NCBI GenBank assembly: GCA_047967505.1
Contig: CM106538.1
Direction: 5' to 3' (one strand)
DNA: 64,000 bases
From: Dipteris shenzhenensis
Taxonomy: Eukaryota
A model generated the notes under the pieces. The model searched no databases and was not told the DNA's origin. It was given only the letters and a program-made list of their open reading frames with translations. Each line of letters begins with the position of its first letter. The stretch's first letter is position 1. The position numbers and the translations under genes were made by a program. Shown in pieces: positions 37,766-51,000 of the stretch.

Positions 37766-40700
37766 CTACGGTTCAATCTCATCCTCAATGAGATCAACCC
37801 TTGCCAAACTATCTACTTCAAAATCCAAACAAGTGTTTAGATCTACAAATACATTCAACCCACTACTACTTGTGCCACTCATGTGCTCATCGAAATCAAG
37901 ATCTCCAATGGTAGGCTCGTCCTCACGGGTAATGCCGGCCTCAATATCTATATCTCCTATCTCATGATCATCCTCCTCTCTTGTATCACGGTCATCATCA
38001 CGTCCATGGCCATGATCATCCTCCATACGCTCCATATTAGTAAATGTACTATACATCACTTTGGAACGTGGCATAATAGGTATGACATGCCACCACCTAT
38101 TATTATCCACCATTGGTTGATAGACAACCTAATTCAAACACAAATACAATCATGTTACTTTTCTTGCATCAAATATTTAAAAGCGAGTATTTTTATGTGT
38201 GTGCACAGTACCTGTTCACATTGTTGCGGTAGTACTAGTGTGTCCTTCCTACTTTGCCAAAACTTTGTGGAGTCAATACTTACAAAGCCACTTGCATGGC
38301 GTTTGATTATTGCATTAGGGCCTCTTTCCACCACGTCCTTAAACCACTTTACATCCAAAACATACACAAAGAAGCGTCGAAAGTCAAGCATAATGATATC
38401 TTGGATTATGCCACAATAATCATCCATGGCTCCATTGGCTCCCTCAAAGCTAGCAATGACGCCGCAATCTTGTGTGTTTCTGTTATCATCAATCTGTTGT
38501 GTTCGAAAATGCTTGCCCTCACACCATATAGCATTGAACATAGTGCACTACACCAAGAAAAAATTCAATTAAATAAGTAATCTAAATTATAAAAACCTCC
38601 TAACTTATGCATAGCATTCTATATACCGACCTTGCTCATGCATCTCCTAGCATACTCCCATTCTTCCATTGTGATATGCATCCCCTCGTCTTTCTCTGCT
38701 TTCTCCATTTCATCAAGTAGCCAATCCACATGAATATCCTTTGAAAGTGCTCTTAGACGCTGAGGGTATGGCACACGAGATCCGTGGTGTGTACGAAAGA
38801 GGCCCTTTCTTCTTGTCTTCTTGCCTTTGCATCCTCGTATCTTGTCACCCATCTTTTCATCACATCACTATTAAGCACGCAAAAGAGGTTGATACTATTA
38901 CGCAACTCCGTGTCTATTACTTTGTTGCGTCCTTTTCCTTGAGGCACAATAGAGGTCATCCTTAGGTCTTCATCATCTCTCCATAGTTGTGGGAGAGAGC
39001 TATCCACATCGACAAGAAACCCAGAAATATATACAAGTGACTCTTGTACCAACCAACCCTCGGCCATGCTACCTTCGGGTCTTGCATTTTGTCTCACGAA
39101 GCCCTTCAACGTCTTCATGAAGCGCTCGAGGAAGAACAACCATCGTGCATGTATAGTACCGCATATAGCAATCTCATCCACCAAATGTACTATGAGATGT
39201 AGTTGGCTTGTGAGAATAGAACGTGGAAATGTCTCCTCCACTAAACAAACCGCCTCCACTGACATAACTCGAGCATTCTTAAGCATGGTGGGATCTATTT
39301 CCTTTGAGCCACCCGCGAGGAGGTGGTTGATTAGTTGCTTATAGCTATTCACTCACAAATTTGAAAGGAAAAAGATATTATGCATATAAAATTGTTACTT
39401 GGAGCATCTTGTGCCAATCATGAGATTTCAAGCCATATAATTGCTCTACACCTCTTTTCTTACTCTTTGTAAAGGCTCCCTTCAAACACCTCATGCATCC
39501 AGTGGGGGTACGAATTGTAGTAATAGCGCGCTTCACCGTCGCCATCTCTAGCTTTGATAACATCCACGGTGCACGAGGTAAAAAAACACGCCCATTTGGT
39601 CTCTCTTGAGGCCAAGCTTCACGCATCCTCCCTGTGGTACGTAGATCCTCCCTTATGCCTGCCGAATCTCATGTCCCATTCAAATGCTCCCAAATGGTAG
39701 ATGCCACATTCTTGAAGATATGCATGGGATCGAGCAGGTGATTGATCTTGAGGTGGGACCAATATGGTAAACAATAAAAGATGGAGTATCTAAACAAAAT
39801 AAAGTGTTAGCGTGCAATCTTCACTTTCAACCAATATAGCCAATCTTTACTTCCAGCCAATAGTTACAAATCCTTATCGGCTCATGCCAAGTGGTGGAGG
39901 AGTCGTGAAACCGTCCCAAATTCTCATCCAATCTCCCGCGGTGAGTGATTGTGTGAGGACTTCATTCCAAGGGGCAACATATCTAGGATGATCAGGTGGG
40001 AGAAATCGATGGTGATTCTCATAGATGACCTTATTCAATGCGTCTTCCCATGAGGCAACTAGCGAAGGACCACAAACAAGACATGCATGGTAACCCGATG
40101 TAGTGAGACCTGAAACAATAGATGCAATTAAGAGTGGAAGGTGGGTTTAGGGTGCCACGTCCTTTGCCTATTCATAATTAAAAAAATGCAATGCTTACCT
40201 GAACACTCGCCATAGCCTGGGAAGTCATGCATCGTCCACATCAAGACTGCTTTGCAGTTGAAGTCTCGTGACGAGGGAGGCCTGCTCACATCATGCACCT
40301 CGATACCTCTCCAAAGTATCTCTAGCTCATCAATCAAAGGCTCCAAATAAACATCAGGGTTTTTGACTTTATGTTTCCCTGGAATTAGAAGGGACAGCAT
40401 GACATGTCCTTTCTTAATAGCCATAGAGGGTGGAAGATTGTAATTCACCAATACCACTGGCCATACACTGTAAGACGTGCTTTTGAGACCAAATGGGTTC
40501 ACACCGTCCATACCCAATCCAAGTCTCAAGCTCCTAGCTTCTTCCTTGAAGCTTGGCCATGTGTCTTCAATATGCTTCCACGCAGGAGAGTCCGCGGGAG
40601 TTCTCCACTTGCCATCGGTTGATCGATGGGAGGAATGCCATGACATGAGCTCTGCAATGGATTTGCACTTGAACATATGTTGGATGCGAGGGATTATGGG

Positions 40701-40938
40701 AAAATGTCGCAATACCTTACGAGGCACGTCCAAGGTTTTGAGATCTGCTCTATATCTTGCCTCTCCACAAGTAGGACACTCTCTTGCATCCTTATGTAGT
40801 CCACGAAACAAAACGCAATCGTTGACACATGCATGGATGCGCTTGTAATCTAATCCTCCAAGAGAGGTCACATGTTGCCTTGCCATATCTCTTGAGGTCG
40901 GTAATTTATTCTCCCTTGGAAGCATTTTACACAATAGC
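37766..40938 (-). pseudogene. TnpD/Tnp2-like CACTA transposase, multi-exon, frameshifted, first two exons deleted
   Basis: IHACVNDCVLF, LRHFPIIPR, DGVNPF, YNLPP, WTMHDFPGY, GLKSHDWH, HLIVHL..GTIHARW..ERFM and DYCGIIQDI motifs, separated by GT-AG introns. Confidence 0.92.
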
Positions 40939-41981
40939 CTGCACGTGAAGACCATAAATGAGAAAAAGCATTCGAGTAATTGACCCACTAGCATATCGTC
41001 GCGTCTATCGTCGCATCTAATGTCGCGTCTAATTGCGTGTCTAAACGCGCGTCTACTCTGTGTATTTAAATGCCACCGTAGACGCGCTAATAGATGCGAC
41101 TATAGACGCATCTACTCTGTGTATTCAGATGTGACTATAGACGCGCTAATAGATGCGACTTTTAAACCTGCTTTTCGGCACGCCGCTCGCTTTGCTTTTC
41201 TTTTCACTACTTAAACTTCGTGAGCGGCTTTCTTCCTTCTTTATTAGCAGTTCTATAGATTCGAAGCTTAAGAGAGAGCCTCCCATACACGGTTCCAAGC
41301 TTTCACTCAAGAGAAAGGGACCGTACCTACACTTGCTTCCAAGCCTAAAGAAGAGGAGGAGTACGAACAAGGAGAAGAAACAAGTTTGGAAAAGAAAGAT
41401 CCTTCCATACCTTTTTCCAAGTAAGTCCTTTTGAAGTTGTTCTTGCTTGCTCTTTCCAGTTTTGTACTTTCTCGCATCCACGAAACGCAGCATCTAGGTA
41501 TGAGCAACACGTTCTTTTGTCGAGCGAAACGTCCTTTTTGACTTTTTAGTATTCTCGCCTGTCGGAGCACGTGTATAGAGGCGTCTGAGGGTGCATCTAA
41601 ACGCGCATCTACAGGCGTGTCTATCTGTGCGTCTGGCTTGTTACAGACACACACAAACGCATATGTAGACGCTCACACAGACACCCTGTTAAACGGAGTT
41701 TTAAACGCACTATTAGACGCGCTTTTAAACGCGTTCTTAGACGGATGTTTAGACGGACTGTTAGACGCGCTGTTAGATGCGCTTGTAAACGCACTGTTAG
41801 ACGGATTGCTGGACGGAATGTTAGACGCAGTTTTACTTGAATTGTTAAACGCTCTGTTAGACGCGTCTATAGACACGCAGATCAGACGGGTCTATAGACG
41901 CGCTCTGACAGAGCCTCTTTTTTTTCCCCTTTCTTCTCAGCTCCCAAAGTAATAGATTTGTTTCCTTTTTTCCAGTTCAAC

Positions 41982-43453
41982 ATGTGGGGAGGAAGTGCTT
42001 CTAGCTCACCTGATCCGCGGGAATCGATATGGAAGGATTTATATAACATTTTAGGGCACCCTCCTAGTCCTGCGGAGTTATATGTGTACATGACGGGTAC
42101 CCTTAACACTCCCCAGGAGTCGGCACTACAGACTCCGAGCCACCCCACACCGCCTGAGATCACCCCAGCGGAGTCCGCACAGCCGTCTTATGCCCTGTCT
42201 TATGCCCCTTCCCCCGTACCGTCTTATGCCCCTTCCCTCATGCCGTCTTATGTCCCTTCTGCCATCCCGTCTTATGCCCCTTCCCCCATGCCGTCAGGAG
42301 GTCCTTCTGTCTCGGCGAGCCGTCGACGTACTCCCCAGCCGTCGAGACTCGGTTCTCCAGCTACGAGTGGTCAGCGTAGTCCCGTGCAGTCCCCAGCTAC
42401 GAGTGGCTAGCGTACGAGCTCGACACGACAGGGTAGCATGCGTAGTAGCAGGGAGAGCGGTGGCGGATGCATGGCACAGAGCTTTGGGCCATGTGGCGGT
42501 GAGGAGGAGGATGATTCGGATGATTTAGACGTGCCTCTGGGTGATGGTACGATTTATTATGATATCACTCAGACAGGAGGCATCTTGATGGATGCGTGGG
42601 GGAAGGACATCATGGCCTTCATGCGCTCTGTAATTGCTAACAATTACAGAGATTGCTTTATCCACTATAAAGACCACCCAAAGAGGTTGGCTGATGAGAC
42701 CCTCGCTACTGTTCGCTCTAGGTATCCTAACCCCCCCAATCGCCAGTTCACAGATAAATAGGGGAAGTCAAAGATTGTTACGATACTTAGCAATAAAAGA
42801 TCTTCCCTTAAGAGGCAGGCACTAGCGGAGCTTGCCAGACTTGAGGCAGGTCAACCTCCAAGGGGCCCGCCCCACACCGCTCACAAGTGTGAGTGGAAGA
42901 AGGCAATGAAGTCAGCGAGGGAGGAGCCCAGTCTGCAACACGTGGAGGCACAGAGGATCCAGATGGAGGAATATGGGAGCACGCATTTTGGAGCAGGGGG
43001 TGTTGAATCATGGGAGGCCCAATTTGTAAGTATCGATCTCAAATTATATTGCTTATGTAGTTTATTAGGAGGTTAGTTGTTTCTTTATACTAATCCCTCC
43101 ACAAAGTGTATCGTGGTCATGCAGCTTGAGATCGTGGGCAGATACCCTACTCCAGTGGAGACAGCCTACCACCGCCACCATCGAAGAGGAGATACATGGA
43201 GGCACTTCTATGATGACGGGTTGATTACTGAGGAGTAGTATACCCGAGCTACTGGAGAGGCCCCCCAGGTATTTGAAAGTAATTAAATAATGCCAAAATT
43301 ATAAGTAAAGATTTGATTTTTCATACATTGATATATGTTGTCCCTTGTTTACAGGCCCGTGCACAAGACGATGAGGAAGAGGAGGAAGGAGGTGCAGAAG
43401 GGAGCGCAGAAGGGAGCGTGGAAGGGAGCGAGGACCTAGAGAACATAGATTAG
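41982..43453 (+). pseudogene. TnpA-like (ORF2) gene of the CACAA element, with in-frame stops
   Basis: Pro/Ser-rich N-terminus (PSYAPSP repeats), RSRYPNPPN and THFGAGG motifs, introns near 43026 and 43269, acidic tail; TAG stops at ~42408 and ~42759. It lies between the TIRs. Confidence 0.7.
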
Positions 43454-44077
43454 TCGTATAAGTAATGCTAGCTACTCTTTTTTGTACTTAAAGCCACTGG
43501 CTTGGCTTCGTGCCTCTTGTGTATAGACTTCTCTTATTTTTTGTACTTGAAGCCACATGACATGGCTTAGCTTCCTTATTTTTTGTACTTGAAGCCACAT
43601 GACGTGGCTTAGCTTCGTGCTATATGTATATACAAGCACTTTTTTGAGCTTTCAATTTTATTGCGATTTGGAGTTGTAATATTTTATTTGGAATTGTAAT
43701 TAAAATGCGGTTGGCTGTAAGAATTGAATTACAGAATGTGGATATGGGATTCTTGTAACTATATAGCATACACAACATACACACTATTCTATAAATTTTT
43801 TTTTTTAAAAAAGGCGTGTCTATCAGTGCGTTTAAAAACGCGTTTATATTCGCATCTGTCTGTTCGTTTTGCATTTATACACGCGTCTATAAAAGCATTT
43901 ATAAGTGCGTCTATCTACGCGTCTTTGTGCACGTCTATACGCGCGTAAGTTTGATATATAGACGTGCAATTAGACGCGGGTCTCCAGACGTGCAAATAGA
44001 CGCGCCCGTAAGTTTTTATTTTAGTTCATGAAACACGTCTGTGCGCGCGTCTATGGGTGCTTTGTCTTGTTGTGGAA

Positions 44078-44332
44078 GGCATTTTTTGACTCGGGTGGTT
44101 CATCTCCCAAAATTTTAGTGTACCAAGTGCATTCAAAAGGAGGGGTATTTTAATTCCACTTTTGGAAAAAATTTAACAGGTTCACAATAATAGGAGGGGG
44201 TTTTTAATTATACTTTAGAAAAAATAATGTTAGTTTATAAGAAAAGAGGGGTGGTTTTATTGCAGGAAAAAATTTAGTTGAGGGGTTTTTTTAATACCCC
44301 TTAAAGTATGTGATACCTAGGATTTCGTAGTG
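44078..44332 (+). mobile_element. Isolated CACTA terminus fragment
   Basis: Ends in gatttcgtagtg (reverse complement CACTACGAAATC), preceded by gggg..ttttaat repeats. Confidence 0.55.
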
Positions 44333-45800
44333 GTGCACCATGCACTCCCCAAGTTTCATGAGTAGTCCAACTCCTCTATAGATTGTCTAGCTTCTCATAG
44401 ACTCATTGCCACACTAGGTGGGCATCTTGCATCAAAATCCCATGTAGTATGAATTTGAATGCATCTATGTGCATTCCTTCAAATGGCTTTTCAAACTTCA
44501 AAAGTTTACACACTAACATGGAGCTCATATTTCTCTTCATCAATTCAAATGCTTTTTGGCATTGTTTGGTCTACTCAAATGTCTCTAGTTTCTCTATAAG
44601 GCCTATTAACAAGGCTGCAAACTCACTACATTTTTCTAAGAACCACTTGCAAAAGTTGTAAAACCCCAAGAATTCTTTGATTCCTCATACCATTCTGGGC
44701 ATATCCATTCCACTATTCCTTAGATCAATTTAGATGCCCTCGACACCCAATATGAAGCCTAGAAATTTTAATTCCTTGGCCCCAAACTCGCACTTCTTGC
44801 ACTTAACATACGTCTTGCCATCGTTCATTATGTTCTTCTAAAGTCGTGTTGAATATTAGAATATCATGATAATAAACTAGAATCAAATCATCCAAATAGC
44901 CCCTAAACATATCGTTCATCAAGGTGCTAAATGTTATTGATGCATTCATTAGCCCAAATGAGAGCCTTAGCTAGTCATAACTTCCATACTTGGTTCTAAA
45001 TGAAATTTCTTCAATGTCCCTTTTCACAATGATGAATCTAAATTTGCGACAGGTAGCCTGGTTTCAGATCAATTCGATTGAAATACTTGGCTCTTGCTAA
45101 TTTGTCCATCAAATTATCAAGCAATGGAATAAGATACTTGTTCTTGATTGTAATCTTATGAAGCACATGCTAGTCCATGCACAACATAACTAATCCATCC
45201 TTCTTTGTGAGTACAAACAAAACTTACAATCCATATGGTGGTTGGATGAATTTGCTCTCCGCCACCTCTACTAGCTGCATGCTCATCTCTTTCCATTATC
45301 TTCTATCTATTCAATATGGTGGCTTAACTTGAGGTGAGTTCTCTCGCAACAATGCCCATATGTCTTATAGAGAGAGCCCCTTGGGTAGTTAATCCTTGGA
45401 CATCACCTCATGAAGCTCTTTCACTAGACTTTTGATTTCCATGGTGCGTGTCTGCTTCCCCTTAGGGCCCATTTTGGCTACATTTAGTTTCATGTACCCC
45501 AGACTTGGTGTGGCTCCTAGCATGCACAAATACACTTCAGCATCTCATTTTATCTCCCTTTGTAGTTGCTTTTCACGTAGAAAAGTATCTTTTTTTGAAA
45601 CACTCTCCCTTCATGGCTAAGTTAAATTTGGGATCTCGGATTAGGAATCTCTGCAACCTTGCCTTGTCTACCTTTTGTGCAAATCTTGTGTGGTATAACT
45701 TGACTTGATGCTCCACAACCTTGCATCTCAAGCATGACCATATTTACCCCTTTTTCAAACATGACTAATAATTATCATACTAGCTAGAGCCCATATAGCC
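44333..45800 (-). mobile_element. Ty3/gypsy RT-RNase H fragment, degenerate
   Basis: MLCMD..LHKITIKNKY, FGLMNA..TF..LMNDMFRGYLDD.ILVY..DILI and KKCEFG relics. Confidence 0.8.
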
Positions 45801-46197
45801 TTGAAGGCATCCATTGCCACCACCAAGAAATCCATCTTGACCTTCATCTCAGATGTGATAAAATTGTAAGTAGCAACGAGCCTACGATAACTCTTTGCTC
45901 AAAATCGTATACCAGTCTATCCACATAGATGTTGGACACAAGTGATACCCTATCCACCAAGATCTTGGGTAATGGCTTTAAAGCCCCTAGACCTCGGGAT
46001 CTTTAATGCCACCTTTCCTAGCATCTCTTTCCTCTATTTCTATGATTCAAAAAGAACCTCTGGTTGCCTTTATAGTTTAGATCCATGATCTAATTCACTC
46101 CCAACCATTAGATCATGTGTAGATATAGTGGATACCATCAAAAGATAGAGCGATCAAATATAGACCCTTAATCAATGTAAATGTCTAATGATCATGA

Positions 46198-46439
46198 CTC
46201 GAGGGGGTCACTCATAAATATGTAAGCATAGCATGTGGGTTCAACATAAATTGGGTTTTAAAATCTTTTTGATGCTAATTTTATACATACGAAGGGTTAT
46301 CATTTAAAGAGTGCATTCACAAATTGATTAATATAAAAAGGGTGCATCTTATTCATGAAATAATTGACAAGTAAGATACTTTTAAGTTACTCCCTAAATG
46401 CACATGATACGAAGGATTACATATTGTGAACCCCCAAGG
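46198..46439. mobile_element. Older copy of the same hAT-type MITE
   Basis: ctcgagggggtcact...tgtgaacccccaagg ends; 8-bp TSD gatcatga/ggtcatga; internal similarity to 37129-37375. Confidence 0.8.
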
Positions 46440-47029
46440 GGTCATGATCAAAAGAGGAGGTAGGACAATTTCAGCCATCCATCTAGCAATAAATCCAAGT
46501 AAGGTGATCAACTGAATAAGTTCCATAAGCCTAGCCATTGATTTGCCTTTGGATCCATGGGAGGAGACCAAAACAAATGCATCTTCATTCCTAGCCCATT
46601 AATTCAAAATCGGATCCAAGGAAGAAGATGAAAAAAAAAGGCACTTCAATCTAGCCCATTTATTATACACCCAAATCTCCACTGTCCATCAACAAATATG
46701 AAGAGGGAGAGGAGAAGAGTGGAGATGGGGAGAGATGACACAGCTAGAGACCATACCACAAATGAATAATTGTACACTAGATTTAGTTAAAAATAATGAA
46801 TATATCCAAATCCCTTTAGAGTTAAGTTTAGAACAATGTAACATCTAATTCGAGAACTATAATCTCAAAAAGAGAACTCAGAATATTTCAAAGATTATAT
46901 TTTTTTCATGTGTATTTCATGTCTTTTTGGAAAAAGATGGGCATTTTGCACGATGGCTTTTGAAAAAATACTTTAAAACCATGCTTTTTTAAAATTTTGC
47001 CAAAACAACCTGGGCAGGTTCATCCAAAA

Positions 47030-48060
47030 CCTTTTTTTTTGCATGGCATGGCTTGGCTTCTATCTGCGCAGCACTGAGCCCAATGATCAATGTCTTTGGA
47101 AACTTTTGGGATATTATATATTGTTTCCCCTTTGGCAAATGCTTAGCTTGTGTTAATCAAATGCATATACCAAAATATATACCTTGACCAACTGCAAAGT
47201 ATCAAGTCTTGGGACAATACTTTGTCTCCCTCTTCACTTTTTGGCCATGCTTTCTCAAGTGTTACCACCATCTCTGACCTGTAAAAGCATCCACAAACTT
47301 GGTGAAATCCAATACAATTCTGTCGATTAGTTTGAACCTTCCTTTTTTACTTTCACAACTTTAGCATTCACAAAAGTAAATCCACTAGGGTCATCCCTTG
47401 CTAGCATATCAACCATCATACTCAACTACCAAGTCCTCAATGCTACCACTCCACATTTCTTGAACCATTTCCCTGGCTTTTTTGGATTTTCTTGGTCCAA
47501 GATACATTTCTCTCTCCTCCCCATGGTAATTCTTATTTGACGGTGCAAGCAAATGTGTACTTCCAGAAGCATTCATATGTGTATATACAAAACTTTCTTC
47601 AAAGAATTGTGGCCAACTAAAATTTGATATATCTTGGGGCTCAATCACGTGGTCATTGATGAAATATTGGGCTACAAAGAATGGATTCCACCATGTCCAC
47701 ACCACATCTTTAAAATATGTTGCAACATGCTAAACTGTGTTTCTAATGTCATTGACTAAACTTGTAGGGTTTACATATCATTCCTCCTTCATGGCTCATT
47801 GCACCTCCTTCACTGATTGTAAAGGTTGGAAGAATGCAACATACAACTCATGATCTGGAATACAATTCAAGAGCATCAATCCTTTGGTTGGAACCCAAGC
47901 CGGTGGTAGGGAATAGAACTTCCCCCACAACAATGTGTGTCTCTCCCAGATCTTTCTTCATTCAAAATTGATATTGAAACCTTAGTTCATTCAGCTTGTC
48001 AATACATTGATCAGTTCAAAGATGGTCACCAAGCACAAAGCATTGAAAATCAGTAACTGT
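47030..48060 (-). pseudogene. Decayed multi-exon coding fragment, unknown family
   Basis: Protein-like frames (LWGKFYSLPPAWVPTKG..; WNPFFVAQYF..; FTFVNAKVVKVKKGRFKLIDRIVLDF) with scattered stops and a likely GT donor near 47182. Confidence 0.4.
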
Positions 48061-48098
48061 TTTTTCCATTTTTTTAATTGTCCTTTAAAATGCAGCCA

Positions 48099-51000
48099 CA
48101 CAACAAGACAAATCACCCACACACGTGCACACAGACGTGTTTACTGAACTAAAAAAAAACTTACGGGCACGTCTATTTGTGCATCTAGAGACCCGCATCT
48201 AACAGCGCGTCTATATAGCAGGCGGACGTGCATATAGACATGCATCTAGATGCGTAAATAGACGCTTTGCTAAAAAATTTAAAAAACAGACAGATGCATC
48301 GTTAAACGCATTTATAAATGGTCTTATAGACGCATTTATAGATGTGCAAATAAATGCTTCTCGAACACACAGACATGAATATAGATGCGTTTATAAACGC
48401 ACTGATAGACGTGCTATATAATATATTTTTTTAAATTTACAGAATGCTGTGTATGTTGTGTATGCTATATAGTTACAAGAATCCCATTTCCACATTATGT
48501 GATTCAATTCTTATAGCCAACCGCATTTTAATTACAATTCCAAATAAAACATTACAACTCCAAAACGCAATAAAATTAAAAGCTCAAAAAGTGCTTGTAT
48601 GTACATATAGCACAAAGCTAAGCCACGTCATGTGGCTTCAAGTACAAAAAATAAGAGGAGTGTATATACAAGAGGCACGAAGCCAAGCCAATGGCTTTAA
48701 GTACAAAAAAGAGTAGCTAGCACTACTTCTACGACTAATCCTCGCTCGCTTCCATGCTCCCTTCTATGCTCCCTTCTCCACCTCCTTCCTCGTCTTCTTC
48801 CTTGTCTACTTGTGCACGGACCTGTAAACAAGGGACAACATATATCAATGTATGAAAAATAAAATCTTTACTTATAATATTGACATTATTTAATTACTTT
48901 CAAATACCTCAGGGGCCGCTCCAGTAGCCTAGATATACTGCTCCTCAGTAATCAACCCGTAATGATAGAAGTGCTTCCATGTATCTCCTCTACAGTAGTA
49001 GGCTATCTCGACAGGAGTAGGGTATCTTCCCACGATATTAAGTTGCAAGATGACACAATTTGCGGAGGGGTTAGTACAAAGAAACAACCTCCTAATAAAC
49101 TACATAAGCAATATAATTTGAGATCGATACTTATAAATTGGGCCTCCCATGAATCAACACCCCCTGCTCCAAAATGCATGCTTTCATATTGCTCCATTTG
49201 GATCCTTCGTGCCTCCACGTGCTGCAGGCTGGGGTCCTCCCTCGCTGACTTCATTGCTTTCTTCCACTCACGCTTGTGAGCGGTGTGGGGCGGGCCCCTT
49301 GGTGGTTGACCTCCCTCGAGCCTGGCAAGCTCCGCTAGTGCTTGCCTCTTAAGCGAATATCTTTTATTGCCAAGTATCGTAACAATCTTTGATTTGGCCC
49401 ATTTATCTGTGAACTGACGATTGGGGGGTTAGGATACCTAGGGCGAACAGCAACGAGGGTCTCATCAGCCAACCTCTTTGGCTCGTCTTTGTAGTGGATG
49501 AAGTAATCTCTGTAATTGTTAGCAATTATAGAGCGCATGAAGGCCATGATGTCCTTCCCCCGTGCATCCATCAAGATGCCTCCTGTATGAGTGATGTCAT
49601 AGAATATCATACCATCACCTGGAGGCACGTCTAAATCATCTGAATCATCATTATCCCCACCACCACTCCTCCTAAAGCACTGTGCCATGCATCCCCCACT
49701 GCTCTCCCTGCTACTACGCCTGCTACCGTGTCGTGTCGAGCTAGTACGCTGGCCACTCGTAGCTGGAGACTGCACGGGACTACGTGGACCACTCATAGCT
49801 AGAGAACCGAGTCTCAACTACACAGGAGTATGCCAACAGCTCTGTGAGACAAAAGGACCTCCTAACGGCATGGGGGAAGAGGCATAAGATGGCATGGCGG
49901 AAGGGGCATAAGACAATGGGGAAAGGGGCATAAGATGGCATGGGAGATGGGCCCGTGTTGTGTAGCCGGCTAGGCTGTGCTGACTTTGCTGGGGTAATCT
50001 TAGCTGGTGTCGAGTGGTTTGGAGTCTGTAGTGCCAACTCCTAGGGGGTGTTTAGAGTACCCGTCATATACCCGTATAACTCCGCAGGACTAGGATGGTG
50101 CCCTAAAAGGTTATATAAGTCCCTAAAAATAGACTCCCAGAGATCAGGTGAGCCCGAAGAGCTTCCTGGCCACATGATGAACTGGAAAAAAGAAAAAAAG
50201 ACGATTATTGATGAGCTGAGAAGAAAGGGGAAGGGAAGAAAAGAATACTGTCAGAGTGCGTCTATAGACACGTCTAAGAAGCACGTCTATTTTCATGTAT
50301 AACAGCGTGTCTATAGATGCGGCTGTCTGTGTCTGCAAACAAGCTAGACGCATGTCTAGACGCACCTGTTGATGCAGTCTGAGACGTGCCTATAGACGCG
50401 CTCCGATAGATGGACTTTTCTAAAAAGTAGAAAAGGACATGCGCTCGACACAAAAACGTAACACTGATACCAAAATCATGCGTTTCTTGGATACGAGAAA
50501 GTAAAAATCCAAAGAGAGCAAACTTCCAAAAAAGATCAACCGTAAAAACACTTACCTTGGATAGAGGTATGGAAGGTTCTTCTCCTTCTTCAAAGTTGCT
50601 TCTCTTCCTTGTTCACCCTCTTTTCCTTTAAGCTTGGAAGTAAGTGTGGGTGCCTTCCTCTTAAGCATCAAAACTGTGGATCTGCTAATAGCAAAGCAAG
50701 CAAGCCACGTGAAGTATAAGTAATGTGAGAAAAGCAAAGCGAGCGCGCTTAAAGCAAATTTAAAAGCCGCATCTATAGGTGCATCTAATAACGCGTCTAT
50801 ACACGCATCTAAATACACAGAGCAAACGTGGTTTTAGAAGCACTTGTAGATGCACACCACAGAATAGATAGACGCAGTTTTAGACGTGCTTATAGACGCG
50901 CACGATAAAATAGACAAACGCGGTTTTAGATGCGCCTTTAGACGCGCCACAGAGTTTAAAATTAAATATTTAAAGAAATGCAAATTTTTTTGGGTTGCTT

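Larger units (their letters stand above)
37056..44074. mobile_element. CACTA/CMC-superfamily DNA transposon with CACAA termini, both ends intact (7019 bp)
   Basis: Left end CACAACAACACAAAGCAACTATAG versus right-end reverse complement CACAACAAGACAAAGCACCCATAG; 3-bp TSD GAA/GAA; dense TAGACGCG subterminal repeats. Confidence 0.93.

Noticed and set aside
41690-41900. Regular short-repeat array resembling CRISPR
   Set aside because: 12-bp tandem units without unique spacers, no cas genes, and located inside a plant transposon.
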